Shown here one piece after another: positions 17,609-25,530 of a stretch of DNA of 33,616 nt. The position numbers and the translations under genes were made by a program. Numbering within the stretch: the first letter of the stretch is position 1; every line of letters begins with the position of its first letter. The stretch lies in IMG/VR virus record IMGVR_UViG_3300046786_000099, positions 1 through 33,616 of that record; one strand, given 5' to 3'. Source of the stretch: a virus (Duplodnaviria; Caudoviricetes). Below the pieces are notes generated by a model. That model searched no databases. It was not told where the DNA came from and saw only the letters and a list, made by a program, of their open reading frames with translations.

Positions 17609-18964
17609 TTAGGTAGCTGTACCAGTTGAACGGTAACGAACACCGGCAAAAGGGTTGACCACACTGGTTGCTAGACGAGTTTCGCCAAAGAAGGTTATGA
17701 AACCGGGAGCCGTCTGATCGTATCTACGCAATACCATGCTTAGACGATCAACAATAGTGTGGAAACGTGACCAATCAGCAAAATACATTGGATATAAGCT
17801 GTTTGTACCTGCGCTACCAGTTGTTGCTTGTGATGGGTTATCAACATATTTGTTAACAACAACATCAAAGCCAAGCAATTGACCAACAATACCATCAGCA
17901 CGAGCCAAGCCATCTACATAGATTGGTCTGCCTTGTGAATCAACTAAACCACGAATCTGTTGCAGCAATACTGGATTGATTACAAACTTAGTTGTAGGTG
18001 TCCAATATTCCTGTGGCAGAGAGTAGATAAAGTTAACTACGTCTTTGTAAGTGATGTTTGCAGCACCAACAGTATTTGCATTGGTAGTAAGCTGATCATA
18101 AGTAGCAAGCGAATGCAAACCACTAGTAGAGCCAGTACCACTATTGCCAAAAGCTGCGGTAGTAACTGAACCGCCTGCATAAGTAGCTGCCGCACCTGCG
18201 TATTGATCGAGACCTCGTAAACCATTCGTTCCCCCAAATGGATTAGAAACAGACTGTGCAGCCTGATCATTATTTTGAATCATTGATTGCGCCTGCGACT
18301 GTGAGAATTCAAGCAGCATGTCTGAAACAACATTAGCTTCTAAACCATCGATGTCATCTAGTGCTGCGGTACGGATTGGGAACTGTACGTTCAAATCTTG
18401 CAGCACTAATTGCCAAATGGTTGTATCTTCAGTCGTTGTTGCACCATTGTTTTGAATAGTGTAACCCCATGCAGCACCTGCATTGCCTGTCTTAGCACGG
18501 AATTGATATGAAGAACCATCGGTTGCAACTTCACGAGAAACGCCACGCATTGGATTTGCTAAACGTAGTGGTGCAAACACTGGGTCATAAGCAGTACGAC
18601 CACCTTGATTGTTACCGCCACCTGTCAGTGCGGATGCTTCTTTTTGGAAAGCATCATACTGTGCAGCATCTTCAAACAACTTAACTTCTTTTTCTACACG
18701 AGCATTTGATTTGTAGAATGCGGAAAGTTGTTCAGCAACTTTACGATTTACGTCAACCATTACGCCTGCGTTTGCACGAATGATTGAAGGCGCACCAACT
18801 TGTGCAACCTTTGCTTCTAGTGCAGCAACTTTTTCTGCGAACTCTGCTTTAGCAGCTTCAACTTGTGCAGTTGCTTCAGCGATTTTTTCAGTAACCAAAG
18901 TTTCGGTTTCTGCTTTAACTTTAGATTCAATTGAATCTAGCTTTTCAGTGATTTTATCTAACAT
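17609..18964 (-). CDS. Major capsid protein, HK97 family, with N-terminal coiled-coil delta (scaffold) domain
   Basis: About 110-aa Ala/Glu/Lys helical N-terminus; IRGLVDSQGRPIY, GQLLGFDVVVNKY, YFADWSRF and LRRYDQTAPGFITFFGETR motifs. Confidence 0.93.
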   Translation of the reverse strand: MLDKITEKLDSIESKVKAETETLVTEKIAEATAQVEAAKAEFAEKVAALEAKVAQVGAPSIIRANAGVMVDVNRKVAEQLSAFYKSNARVEKEVKLFEDAAQYDAFQKEASALTGGGNNQGGRTAYDPVFAPLRLANPMRGVSREVATDGSSYQFRAKTGNAGAAWGYTIQNNGATTTEDTTIWQLVLQDLNVQFPIRTAALDDIDGLEANVVSDMLLEFSQSQAQSMIQNNDQAAQSVSNPFGGTNGLRGLDQYAGAAATYAGGSVTTAAFGNSGTGSTSGLHSLATYDQLTTNANTVGAANITYKDVVNFIYSLPQEYWTPTTKFVINPVLLQQIRGLVDSQGRPIYVDGLARADGIVGQLLGFDVVVNKYVDNPSQATTGSAGTNSLYPMYFADWSRFHTIVDRLSMVLRRYDQTAPGFITFFGETRLATSVVNPFAGVRYRSTGTAT

Positions 18965-18982
18965 GATTATTCCTATTAAAAA

Positions 18983-19780
18983 TTAAGATAGACGTGCTTC
19001 TAAAGCCTTGAGCAATTCCTTTTGTTCAAGATACTCTAAAAACTCTTTTGCCGCATCCGATTCAGCATCTCGCATTTCGGTAGTCGGTTCGACATTTACA
19101 GTTTCAACGTCACGTTTTACTGTTGCCTTGCCAAAAATGGAAGCGGCAGTTGTCGCATCCTTTTTCGAAATCCCCGCTTCACGCAGAGCTTTCTCAAATA
19201 CTTTTAGATTGAATGAGCCATCATCCCTAAAAAATTCTAATTTGTTGATGTTGGCTTTTGGATTGTTTGGGTTCATGACGATTGACACTTCAGCCAATCC
19301 ACCTTTAGTAATGCTGAAATAACCTTCTTCATCGGCATCAATGCCTGTTTGAAGCATATTGCCTTCAGCATCAACCATGCAATATTCGTCAGCGTATGCG
19401 CCAACAGAAACGCCACCTACCATCATTGGCGATTCTTTCATGATTGTGTATAAATCTTTGCCTGCGCTTGTATTGGTAAAGATATTGCCTTTGCCGATCA
19501 TGCCTTCATCGGTAAATTCAAACTCATCCCATTGACCAACTGGCATGGACATATCGTTATGTTGGAAATACATTGGCAGTGGTTTACCAATCGCAGCAAA
19601 TTCTTTTGCCCATTGTTTAAATGGTTCGGGTTGATAATTAAATCTACGACCGTCTGCGCCTTCTCTTGCGCCCCAAGTCGTTAGCATGGCTTCAATCTTG
19701 CCCATTGAATCCATTGATTCATCAGCAGATATGCCAAGCGCAACTTGGGATTCAAAAATAAATGTGACATTTTTAGTCAT
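18983..19780 (-). CDS. Prohead maturation protease (HK97 family, S78)
   Basis: PMYFQHN...PVGQW, GGVSVG (catalytic Ser), LAEVSIVMNPNNPKA and FEKALREAGISKKDA motifs. Confidence 0.9.
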   Translation of the reverse strand: MTKNVTFIFESQVALGISADESMDSMGKIEAMLTTWGAREGADGRRFNYQPEPFKQWAKEFAAIGKPLPMYFQHNDMSMPVGQWDEFEFTDEGMIGKGNIFTNTSAGKDLYTIMKESPMMVGGVSVGAYADEYCMVDAEGNMLQTGIDADEEGYFSITKGGLAEVSIVMNPNNPKANINKLEFFRDDGSFNLKVFEKALREAGISKKDATTAASIFGKATVKRDVETVNVEPTTEMRDAESDAAKEFLEYLEQKELLKALEARLS

Positions 19781-19904
19781 GGAAAATCACCTTTTTTTGT
19801 TTCATGCCATTTGCCTGCATTGGCTTTTTAACTCGCTTATCCGCAGCTTGTTTTATTTTGTCGGCAATCTGTTTTTGCTTTGATTGCGATTGATTTGGTT
19901 TCAT
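19773..19904 (-). CDS. Small basic protein, 43 aa (not in ORF track)
   Basis: MKPNQSQSKQKQIADKIKQAADKRVKKPMQANGMKQKKVIFHD; ATGA overlap with the portal stop, and its own stop overlaps the protease start. Confidence 0.55.
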   Translation of the reverse strand: MKPNQSQSKQKQIADKIKQAADKRVKKPMQANGMKQKKVIFHD

Positions 19905-21307
19905 GCTTTGCCTGCTCTACCAGTTTTACCAACTGAACTAGTATTGCCGCCACCGCCTGTATCTTGTGATGAAGAACCTGATATTGGTTCTTGTTTGCTG
20001 CCAGATTTATTTAAACTGTTGGCAATACTATCATCAATTTCTGCAAGCCCCAAATACTTTCTTGCTTCATTTGGCGTAAAAATTCCTGCGTTGACACCCG
20101 CCACAGAATAATTCATCTGGTCAAGTGGCGCACCCTTTAAAAAGTTTTCGGTTTGGAATTGAATGTATAAGTTTGGGAATCCTTGCAACAAACTCATTTT
20201 TAGTTTTTGTTCTATGTTAGTCAGCAATGGTGACATTGTGCTTTTATAGAATTCATCTAGCATTGATTGTGTATTGTTAAACTTACCTTCACCAACACTA
20301 ATCATTTGTGGCGGTACGCCAAACACGCCACAGATTCGTTTCATGGTTTGTTCTTTTAATTTAGCTAAATCTGCATCCTGAATTGAAAGCATATCCACAG
20401 GCATATATTTCATGCCATTATCAAGCAACATACCTTGACCGGGTTTTGATGGGTCAGTTGGTCTTGAGCCTGTCAATTGCGACCAACCTTCTTTTAATCG
20501 TGCAGCAATCTCTTTATATTTTGAATCAGGAATTACTTGATCGGTGACAAACAATCCGCTTGGCTTTGCACCGTTTTGCATTACATAGTTTGCATATAAA
20601 TCAATGTCTTGATCTAAGCCAATCAATTCTGCAAGCAATGTGCCTTTATTCCAACCGCCTGAACCTTGCCAACCCATTTCCATCAAGTGAATTACCTGCC
20701 AATAATCTAGTGGCGTATTTTTTGAAAAGCCATAACTAGGTGATGACAGCACATACATCGGATAACGTGTTTCCGTTAATTGTGTAGTGATTAAAGTTGC
20801 ATCTAATACATACATTTCCAATGGAGTTTGATCTGATTTAGATTGGTCTTTACGCCACAGCACTGTGTAGCATTCGCCTGCCATATCTAACCACATCGAG
20901 AACTGATACCAGAATTCGTATTGGCTTTGAAAGTTGTTTGGGTTGGTCAGCAAACTATAAACTTGTCTAGCTTTAATTTTGTCACGTTGCCCAATTGATG
21001 CATCATGGCAAGCATTAACCAATTGGTCTTTATCGTTGTATGCCATGATCTGAATTGGCAGTTGCGATATAGCCCTTGCTTTAACTGCTAGGCAAGCCAT
21101 CACTGTACTATTGCGTGACAGCACCGACATATCAACGGTTCTACCTGCTTGGGTTGCGCTAGATGTGGTGACATACAGCATTTGCTGTAATGCTTGTGAT
21201 GCGCCTGTGTTCCGCAGCACATTATTACCAAGCGCAGTTTGTCCGAATAACGTATTAGATTCTTTTTGGTTCTTATTTTTTCTATTAAAAATATCTAATA
21301 AAGCCAT
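19901..21307 (-). CDS. Portal protein, HK97 family
   Basis: ISQLPI, LLTNPNNFQSQYEFW, NGAKPSGL, LLDNGMKY, ICGVFGVPPQMI and GIFTPNEARKYLGL motifs. Confidence 0.95.
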   Translation of the reverse strand: MALLDIFNRKNKNQKESNTLFGQTALGNNVLRNTGASQALQQMLYVTTSSATQAGRTVDMSVLSRNSTVMACLAVKARAISQLPIQIMAYNDKDQLVNACHDASIGQRDKIKARQVYSLLTNPNNFQSQYEFWYQFSMWLDMAGECYTVLWRKDQSKSDQTPLEMYVLDATLITTQLTETRYPMYVLSSPSYGFSKNTPLDYWQVIHLMEMGWQGSGGWNKGTLLAELIGLDQDIDLYANYVMQNGAKPSGLFVTDQVIPDSKYKEIAARLKEGWSQLTGSRPTDPSKPGQGMLLDNGMKYMPVDMLSIQDADLAKLKEQTMKRICGVFGVPPQMISVGEGKFNNTQSMLDEFYKSTMSPLLTNIEQKLKMSLLQGFPNLYIQFQTENFLKGAPLDQMNYSVAGVNAGIFTPNEARKYLGLAEIDDSIANSLNKSGSKQEPISGSSSQDTGGGGNTSSVGKTGRAGKA

Positions 21308-21317
21308 GATTTAACCC

Positions 21318-22979
21318 TCAAAATGTTCTGAATCCATACCCGCCATGATCAACTGGATGATCTAATGAGCAATGCATGGCAATAATTAGCGCAATAATAC
21401 CATCAACTTTCGCAGATTTATCAGCTTCATTCTTACGAATTTTTATGTTTCCATTTACATCTTCATACACTTCACAATTCCCAAGCTGCCAACCTAAGAA
21501 TGGGTTGCCATCATGTTTAATACTTTTGCCTAAAATTAATTTTTCTAAATGCTTTGATGGGTTGCTTAGTACCGCCATGCCCTGTCCAACTTTTTTAACT
21601 GGCATTGCTTGATCGTGCAATCGTGCAATTAAACTTGCTGCATTGTAGGCATCATAACCAATTTCTTTAGGGTCATATTTTGCTGATTGCTCTCTAATGT
21701 AATCGCTGATTTCTCTATCATCCATTACATTACCTTGTGTCAAATGCAATATTCCTGAATCTTTAGCGTTTCTAAATATATCGTGATAATGCTGCGGCAC
21801 ATGGTTCAATGCTTCTTCAGGTAAGAAGAATTTAAACTCTGCAAAGTAATCATCTTCAGCATATCTTTTTAATGTACAAACTGCATTTAAATCTCGTGTA
21901 GCTGCTAAGTCAAAACCAATAAACACTGCTTCAGGTTCTCGTTCATCTTTAGTTGTGGCGCATTCATCCCAATGTGTACGATCAAGCCATGCTGAATTTG
22001 CGCTTACAAATACATTAAGAGTTTTACAAAGAAACTCATTTAGCGTTGCAGGTTTGAATTTAGCTTCATTTGCCCTTGCAACAATAGCTTCTTCAAATAC
22101 AGATATGCCATGCATAGGGTTTGCCTTTGCCCATATTGCAGGATTTTGCCAATCGTCTTGCGGGTCTAAGCCATACAGCAAACCAAACCACTTAGGGTTA
22201 TCTGGTGCTTCGCCAGATAGCATGGTTTGAAGCATCAATAAATCCTCATGAAACTTTGTGTCTTTAGTGAAACTTGCGGTAGTAATGTAAATGCGTAGTG
22301 GGTTCTTCCTTGCCACCATACCTGAATGCAAAACCTCGATTGAGTTTCTATCTATGATCTGTGCAGCTTCATCAATAATGGCGCACGATGGATTTAAACC
22401 ATCACCACTCTTTTTGGTATCTCGTGATAATGCTTTAAACATTGATTGCGAATCACCTATCTTTGTAATATGGTGCTTTTGTACGTTGTACAATTTTTGC
22501 ACTTCTTGCGGCATAGATTCAATCAAACCCATCGCGCTAGTAAACACAATGCTTGCTTGATCTCTGCTTGTCGCTAGTGTGTAAACCTCTGAACCCTTTT
22601 CACCAAACATCAATTCATAAAGACCAATCACAGCAATCAATGTAGATTTGCCTGCCTTGCGCGGAATGAAAACAATAACATCCGACACCATGCGCTTTGT
22701 CTTGTCTTTTTTAGACCAAAAGCCATAGATGCCGCAAATCAATAATATTTGGAATGGTTCAAGTAAAAGTGGTTTGCCTGCATCCGCACCTTTAGCGTGT
22801 TTAAGCAATGATGCAAATTGCAGGAAATGGTCAACTGCCGCAGGTTGAAATTCCCATTCCCATTCTTTGTTTTCTATTTGATTTAGGAATCGTTGACAGG
22901 CAAGCAGCACATTCCGGCAAACTAATATTTCGCCTTTCACAACTTGTGTGGCGTATATCACGCCATCTTGCCATTTCAT
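21318..22979 (-). CDS. terL: Terminase large subunit (HK97-like cos type)
   Basis: LLEPFQ, Walker A IPRKAGKST, Walker B AIIDE, ITTAS, WAKANP, nuclease GFDLAATRDL and KVDGIIALIIAM motifs. Confidence 0.96.
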   Translation of the reverse strand: MKWQDGVIYATQVVKGEILVCRNVLLACQRFLNQIENKEWEWEFQPAAVDHFLQFASLLKHAKGADAGKPLLLEPFQILLICGIYGFWSKKDKTKRMVSDVIVFIPRKAGKSTLIAVIGLYELMFGEKGSEVYTLATSRDQASIVFTSAMGLIESMPQEVQKLYNVQKHHITKIGDSQSMFKALSRDTKKSGDGLNPSCAIIDEAAQIIDRNSIEVLHSGMVARKNPLRIYITTASFTKDTKFHEDLLMLQTMLSGEAPDNPKWFGLLYGLDPQDDWQNPAIWAKANPMHGISVFEEAIVARANEAKFKPATLNEFLCKTLNVFVSANSAWLDRTHWDECATTKDEREPEAVFIGFDLAATRDLNAVCTLKRYAEDDYFAEFKFFLPEEALNHVPQHYHDIFRNAKDSGILHLTQGNVMDDREISDYIREQSAKYDPKEIGYDAYNAASLIARLHDQAMPVKKVGQGMAVLSNPSKHLEKLILGKSIKHDGNPFLGWQLGNCEVYEDVNGNIKIRKNEADKSAKVDGIIALIIAMHCSLDHPVDHGGYGFRTF

Positions 22980-23665
22980 TAAAACATTCCTATCTGCTCT
23001 ATTTTTTGTTTTGGTTGTTCAAATAATGATTGTTGCCTTTGTGCATTTTCTATACGTTCGCAAGCAATATCAAAATATTTTTGTTCTCGCTCAATGCCAA
23101 TAAATTTGCGCCCCATTTGAATTGCAGCCACGCCTGTTGTGCCGCTACCCATAAATGGGTCACAAACTAACCCTTCAGTCCATTCAATAAATTTAGCCAT
23201 AAGCCCTACAGGCTTTTCCGTTGGATGATTTTCATTTTGGGTTCTTGACCATTGAATTACATCTGTTGGTCTATCTTTTGGAAAAACATGATTTTCCATT
23301 GCATAAAAAAAAGCAACTTCAGTTTGCCTTCCATGTTCATGTTTTAAATCACCCATTGACCAATTGTTTTTTACCCATGTAATTAAACTTTTTGGTTTAG
23401 GGTAGTCATAAATATTATCCCATCGACCAAAAGCATAAACAGAATGTTTGGCATTATTTAATGCCCAATTAATAACTTTATTTGCAATATCGGCATTGTT
23501 GTCATTTGCAATTTTCATGTGTTTTTCAATGCGGAAATTACTTTGAAAATCCATGCCATAAGGCGGGTCAGTAATAACCGCATCAACCATATCAAGCGTT
23601 GGTAATATATCCATGCAGTCGCCAAGATATAGAGTTGCATTTCCAATAATTACTTTGCCTGTCAT
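22979..23665 (-). CDS. DNA N6-adenine/N4-cytosine methyltransferase (beta class)
   Basis: LYLGDC, ITDPPYG (motif IV) preceding HPTEKP and DPFMGSGTTG (motif I), then FIGIE. Confidence 0.93.
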   Translation of the reverse strand: MTGKVIIGNATLYLGDCMDILPTLDMVDAVITDPPYGMDFQSNFRIEKHMKIANDNNADIANKVINWALNNAKHSVYAFGRWDNIYDYPKPKSLITWVKNNWSMGDLKHEHGRQTEVAFFYAMENHVFPKDRPTDVIQWSRTQNENHPTEKPVGLMAKFIEWTEGLVCDPFMGSGTTGVAAIQMGRKFIGIEREQKYFDIACERIENAQRQQSLFEQPKQKIEQIGMF

Positions 23666-24141
23666 TGCGGATTCCAGCCCTTCAAGAAATCAGCAAGTGG
23701 TGATGCATCCTCTAACTTGTTTGCAGCCAATCTTGATTTAGGTGTTAGCCCTAATTCATTCATCAACTTAACGCAGTTGTCCATTGCTTTATTCGCAATG
23801 CCGATATAAGGATTGGCGCACAATGTCTTGCCATCATTAATGCTAATAACCAATGGTTCTTTATCTTGCTCAATTCTTGCTGTGATGTACGTTTGCAATT
23901 GGTCTGCAAGCATAGCAAGCGTATGCCGATCTTGGTCTGAGCCAATGCCATAAACATCATGCAAATAATCTGCCGTTTCCTTGACGAATTTTTCTTTACT
24001 GAATCCATGCGGATTAATAACCCATTCAGCAAATGGAATTCTTTTTTTGATTTTTTCAGGAATCATCACGCCACCATTCATGCCTTTGCTGCCATGAACT
24101 GCGTGAACTTCTGGCGGTAATTTGTTTGGTGCTGATCTCAC
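23662..24141 (-). CDS. terS: Terminase small subunit (P27 family)
   Basis: ANPYIGI...KLMNELGLTPKSR motif; upstream of terL; GAGGGAAGG RBS. Confidence 0.88.
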   Translation of the reverse strand: MRSAPNKLPPEVHAVHGSKGMNGGVMIPEKIKKRIPFAEWVINPHGFSKEKFVKETADYLHDVYGIGSDQDRHTLAMLADQLQTYITARIEQDKEPLVISINDGKTLCANPYIGIANKAMDNCVKLMNELGLTPKSRLAANKLEDASPLADFLKGWNPQ

Positions 24142-24165
24142 GTTAAAACCTTCCCTCTAAAAAAT

Positions 24166-24203
24166 TTTTTGCGTTTAGGGAAATCCTTTTTGCGTTTAGG
24201 GAA
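24166..24203. repeat. Two exact 17-bp direct repeats TTTTTGCGTTTAGGGAA (21-bp period)
   Basis: Copies at 24166-24182 and 24187-24203, upstream of terS. Confidence 0.9.
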
Positions 24204-24252
24204 TTCCCAAAAAAGCAATCCCCCCATAGTCTAGGTCTATATGCATCAAATT

Positions 24253-24266
24253 GCACCCGCGCTTGC
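24253..24266. other. Candidate cos (cohesive end) site
   Basis: GC-rich GCACCCGCGCTTGC with symmetric GCA/TGC ends in the HNH-terS gap, where HK97-type phages carry cos. Positional inference only. Confidence 0.4.
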
Positions 24267-24274
24267 TGTATAAC

Positions 24275-24357
24275 TTATCCACAGATTTTAAGTTATTCCC
24301 CTATTTTCCCGAGTTATCCACAGGTTATCCACAGGTCTTATCCACAATCTATCCACA
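24275..24357 (+). promoter_or_regulatory. Array of five co-oriented DnaA boxes
   Basis: TTATCCACA at 24275, 24314, 24325 and 24338; CTATCCACA at 24349. Confidence 0.85.
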
Positions 24358-24416
24358 AAATATTTTCTTTGTTGCATTATGCTTGATTGATAACGTCTAG
24401 TCATAGCTTGTACCTA

Positions 24417-24842
24417 TTACCTTGTTATATTGGCACATATGCGGATGTAATCATCGCCTGTGTATTCAGTGATGCCATGCGCTGTATAATGTAGGTATCG
24501 CCCTTTGTTCTCGTCTTGGGTCTTTAGTGTGTGGCAGGCAGTACATAAGGATTGAAATAAATTTACCTTGAATGCATCCGCATCTCTACGATGTGGGAAC
24601 ACATGGTCAACCACATTTGCGGCAGTTATTCTATTCTCACTTTGACATCGAGCGCATAACGGTTGTTTGCTTAGTTGCCTTGCACGAATGTTAGCCCATG
24701 CCTTTTGTCCGTATAGCTTACTGTTAGCTTTACCCTTGTCTGTAGTACCACCACCATGCTCAACGCAGTAAGCAGACCGATTGGTCTTAGGGTTGCGACA
24801 TTGATACTCTTTGCATTCAGTGTTTAATGGTGCAGTTGGCAT
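24417..24842 (-). CDS. HNH endonuclease, packaging-associated (HK97 gp74-like)
   Basis: W..IRARQLSKQPLCARC...VVDHVFPHR...FQSLCTACHTLKT; immediately upstream of terS. Confidence 0.9.
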   Translation of the reverse strand: MPTAPLNTECKEYQCRNPKTNRSAYCVEHGGGTTDKGKANSKLYGQKAWANIRARQLSKQPLCARCQSENRITAANVVDHVFPHRRDADAFKVNLFQSLCTACHTLKTQDENKGRYLHYTAHGITEYTGDDYIRICANITR

Positions 24843-25045
24843 TACCTAACATCCATTATTGTTGCTATTCTTGAAAACGGAACTAATTGTTCTTTTGTAT
24901 ATCCAAGCAAATTATCATTTAAAGGCGCACCCATACCATAAATAATCAAACCTATTTCTTTTTGCGCTTCTTTATATTCTTTAACTGTTTTATTTGCTTT
25001 ATATAATTTCTTTGTCAAATCAACAATAATCTGATCTTTTGTCAT
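24842..25045 (-). CDS. Hypothetical protein
   Basis: 67-aa ORF, TAATG-coupled to the HNH gene. Confidence 0.65.
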   Translation of the reverse strand: MTKDQIIVDLTKKLYKANKTVKEYKEAQKEIGLIIYGMGAPLNDNLLGYTKEQLVPFSRIATIMDVR

Positions 25046-25066
25046 GTCTTATTCTTTCTTGTAAAT

Positions 25067-25161
25067 GTGGGGTCACTAAGCGGAGATCATCATAACTCTG
25101 CAACGTTATGTGATGTAACCTAGCCCCCACTGCTATTGTTTCACGCCACATATAGCTAGGC
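25067..25161 (-). ncRNA. Putative structured RNA element(s) in the late leader
   Basis: Stems GTGGGG/CCCCAC, CTAGG/CTTAG and CATAAC/GTTATG, plus an upstream GCTA/TAGC hairpin whose loop GGC can pair with a 5' GCC. Confidence 0.5.
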
Positions 25162-25197
25162 TATGGAAAGCAAACTACCAAGTAATTGACGAATCAA

Positions 25198-25295
25198 CGC
25201 CAATACGACTGAGGATTGCTCTTGATGGGCTTACGGATTCGAACCGTATCACTCAAGTGTGGTAACCATGCCCACAATCCCCATGCGTATTGACG
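25198..25295 (-). ncRNA. Putative structured RNA with a tRNA-like T-arm nested in a long hairpin
   Basis: CGTCAATACG/CGTATTGGCG and TGGGGATTG/CAATCCTCA stems enclose TGGGC/GCCCA and TACGG-TTCGAAT-CCGTA. Confidence 0.6.
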
Positions 25296-25505
25296 CTACT
25301 TAACTACTCCACGCCATTCAAGCGTTTGAAAGAAACTGTCATCATCCCATGATAACTCTTGTGCTTTATCGGGCGTGAATGCCATTTGTTTCCATGCTTT
25401 GCCTGTCCAATAACTGTAATGGCTAAAGCCGTATGATGAACGCCTTTCATATACGCCAATTCGAGTGGGCTTAACTTTCCCACTATACCAATCTGTAAGT
25501 GTCAT
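25296..25505 (-). CDS. Hypothetical Trp-rich phage protein
   Basis: MTLTDWYSGKVKPTRIGVYER...YSYWTGKAW...LEWRGVVK. Start moved to 25505 to avoid overlap with the upstream gene. Confidence 0.7.
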   Translation of the reverse strand: MTLTDWYSGKVKPTRIGVYERRSSYGFSHYSYWTGKAWKQMAFTPDKAQELSWDDDSFFQTLEWRGVVK

Positions 25506-25530
25506 ATCTTGTCTTGTCTTATATTGTATT

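Noticed and set aside
497-23026. Numerous + strand ORFs (e.g. 497..742, 1027..1437, 3420..3869, 11301..11615, 19008..19322, 21955..22230)
   Set aside because: Antisense shadows of well-supported - strand genes, with no RBS or recognisable motifs.
25209-25215. CTGAGGA resembling the hammerhead CUGANGA core (+ strand)
   Set aside because: No correctly placed GAAA and stems; the bases are explained by the long hairpin.
25225-25275. tRNA gene call based on GGTTCGAATCC
   Set aside because: No full 7-bp acceptor stem, D-arm or 7-nt anticodon loop, and only ~50 nt; reported as tRNA-like instead.
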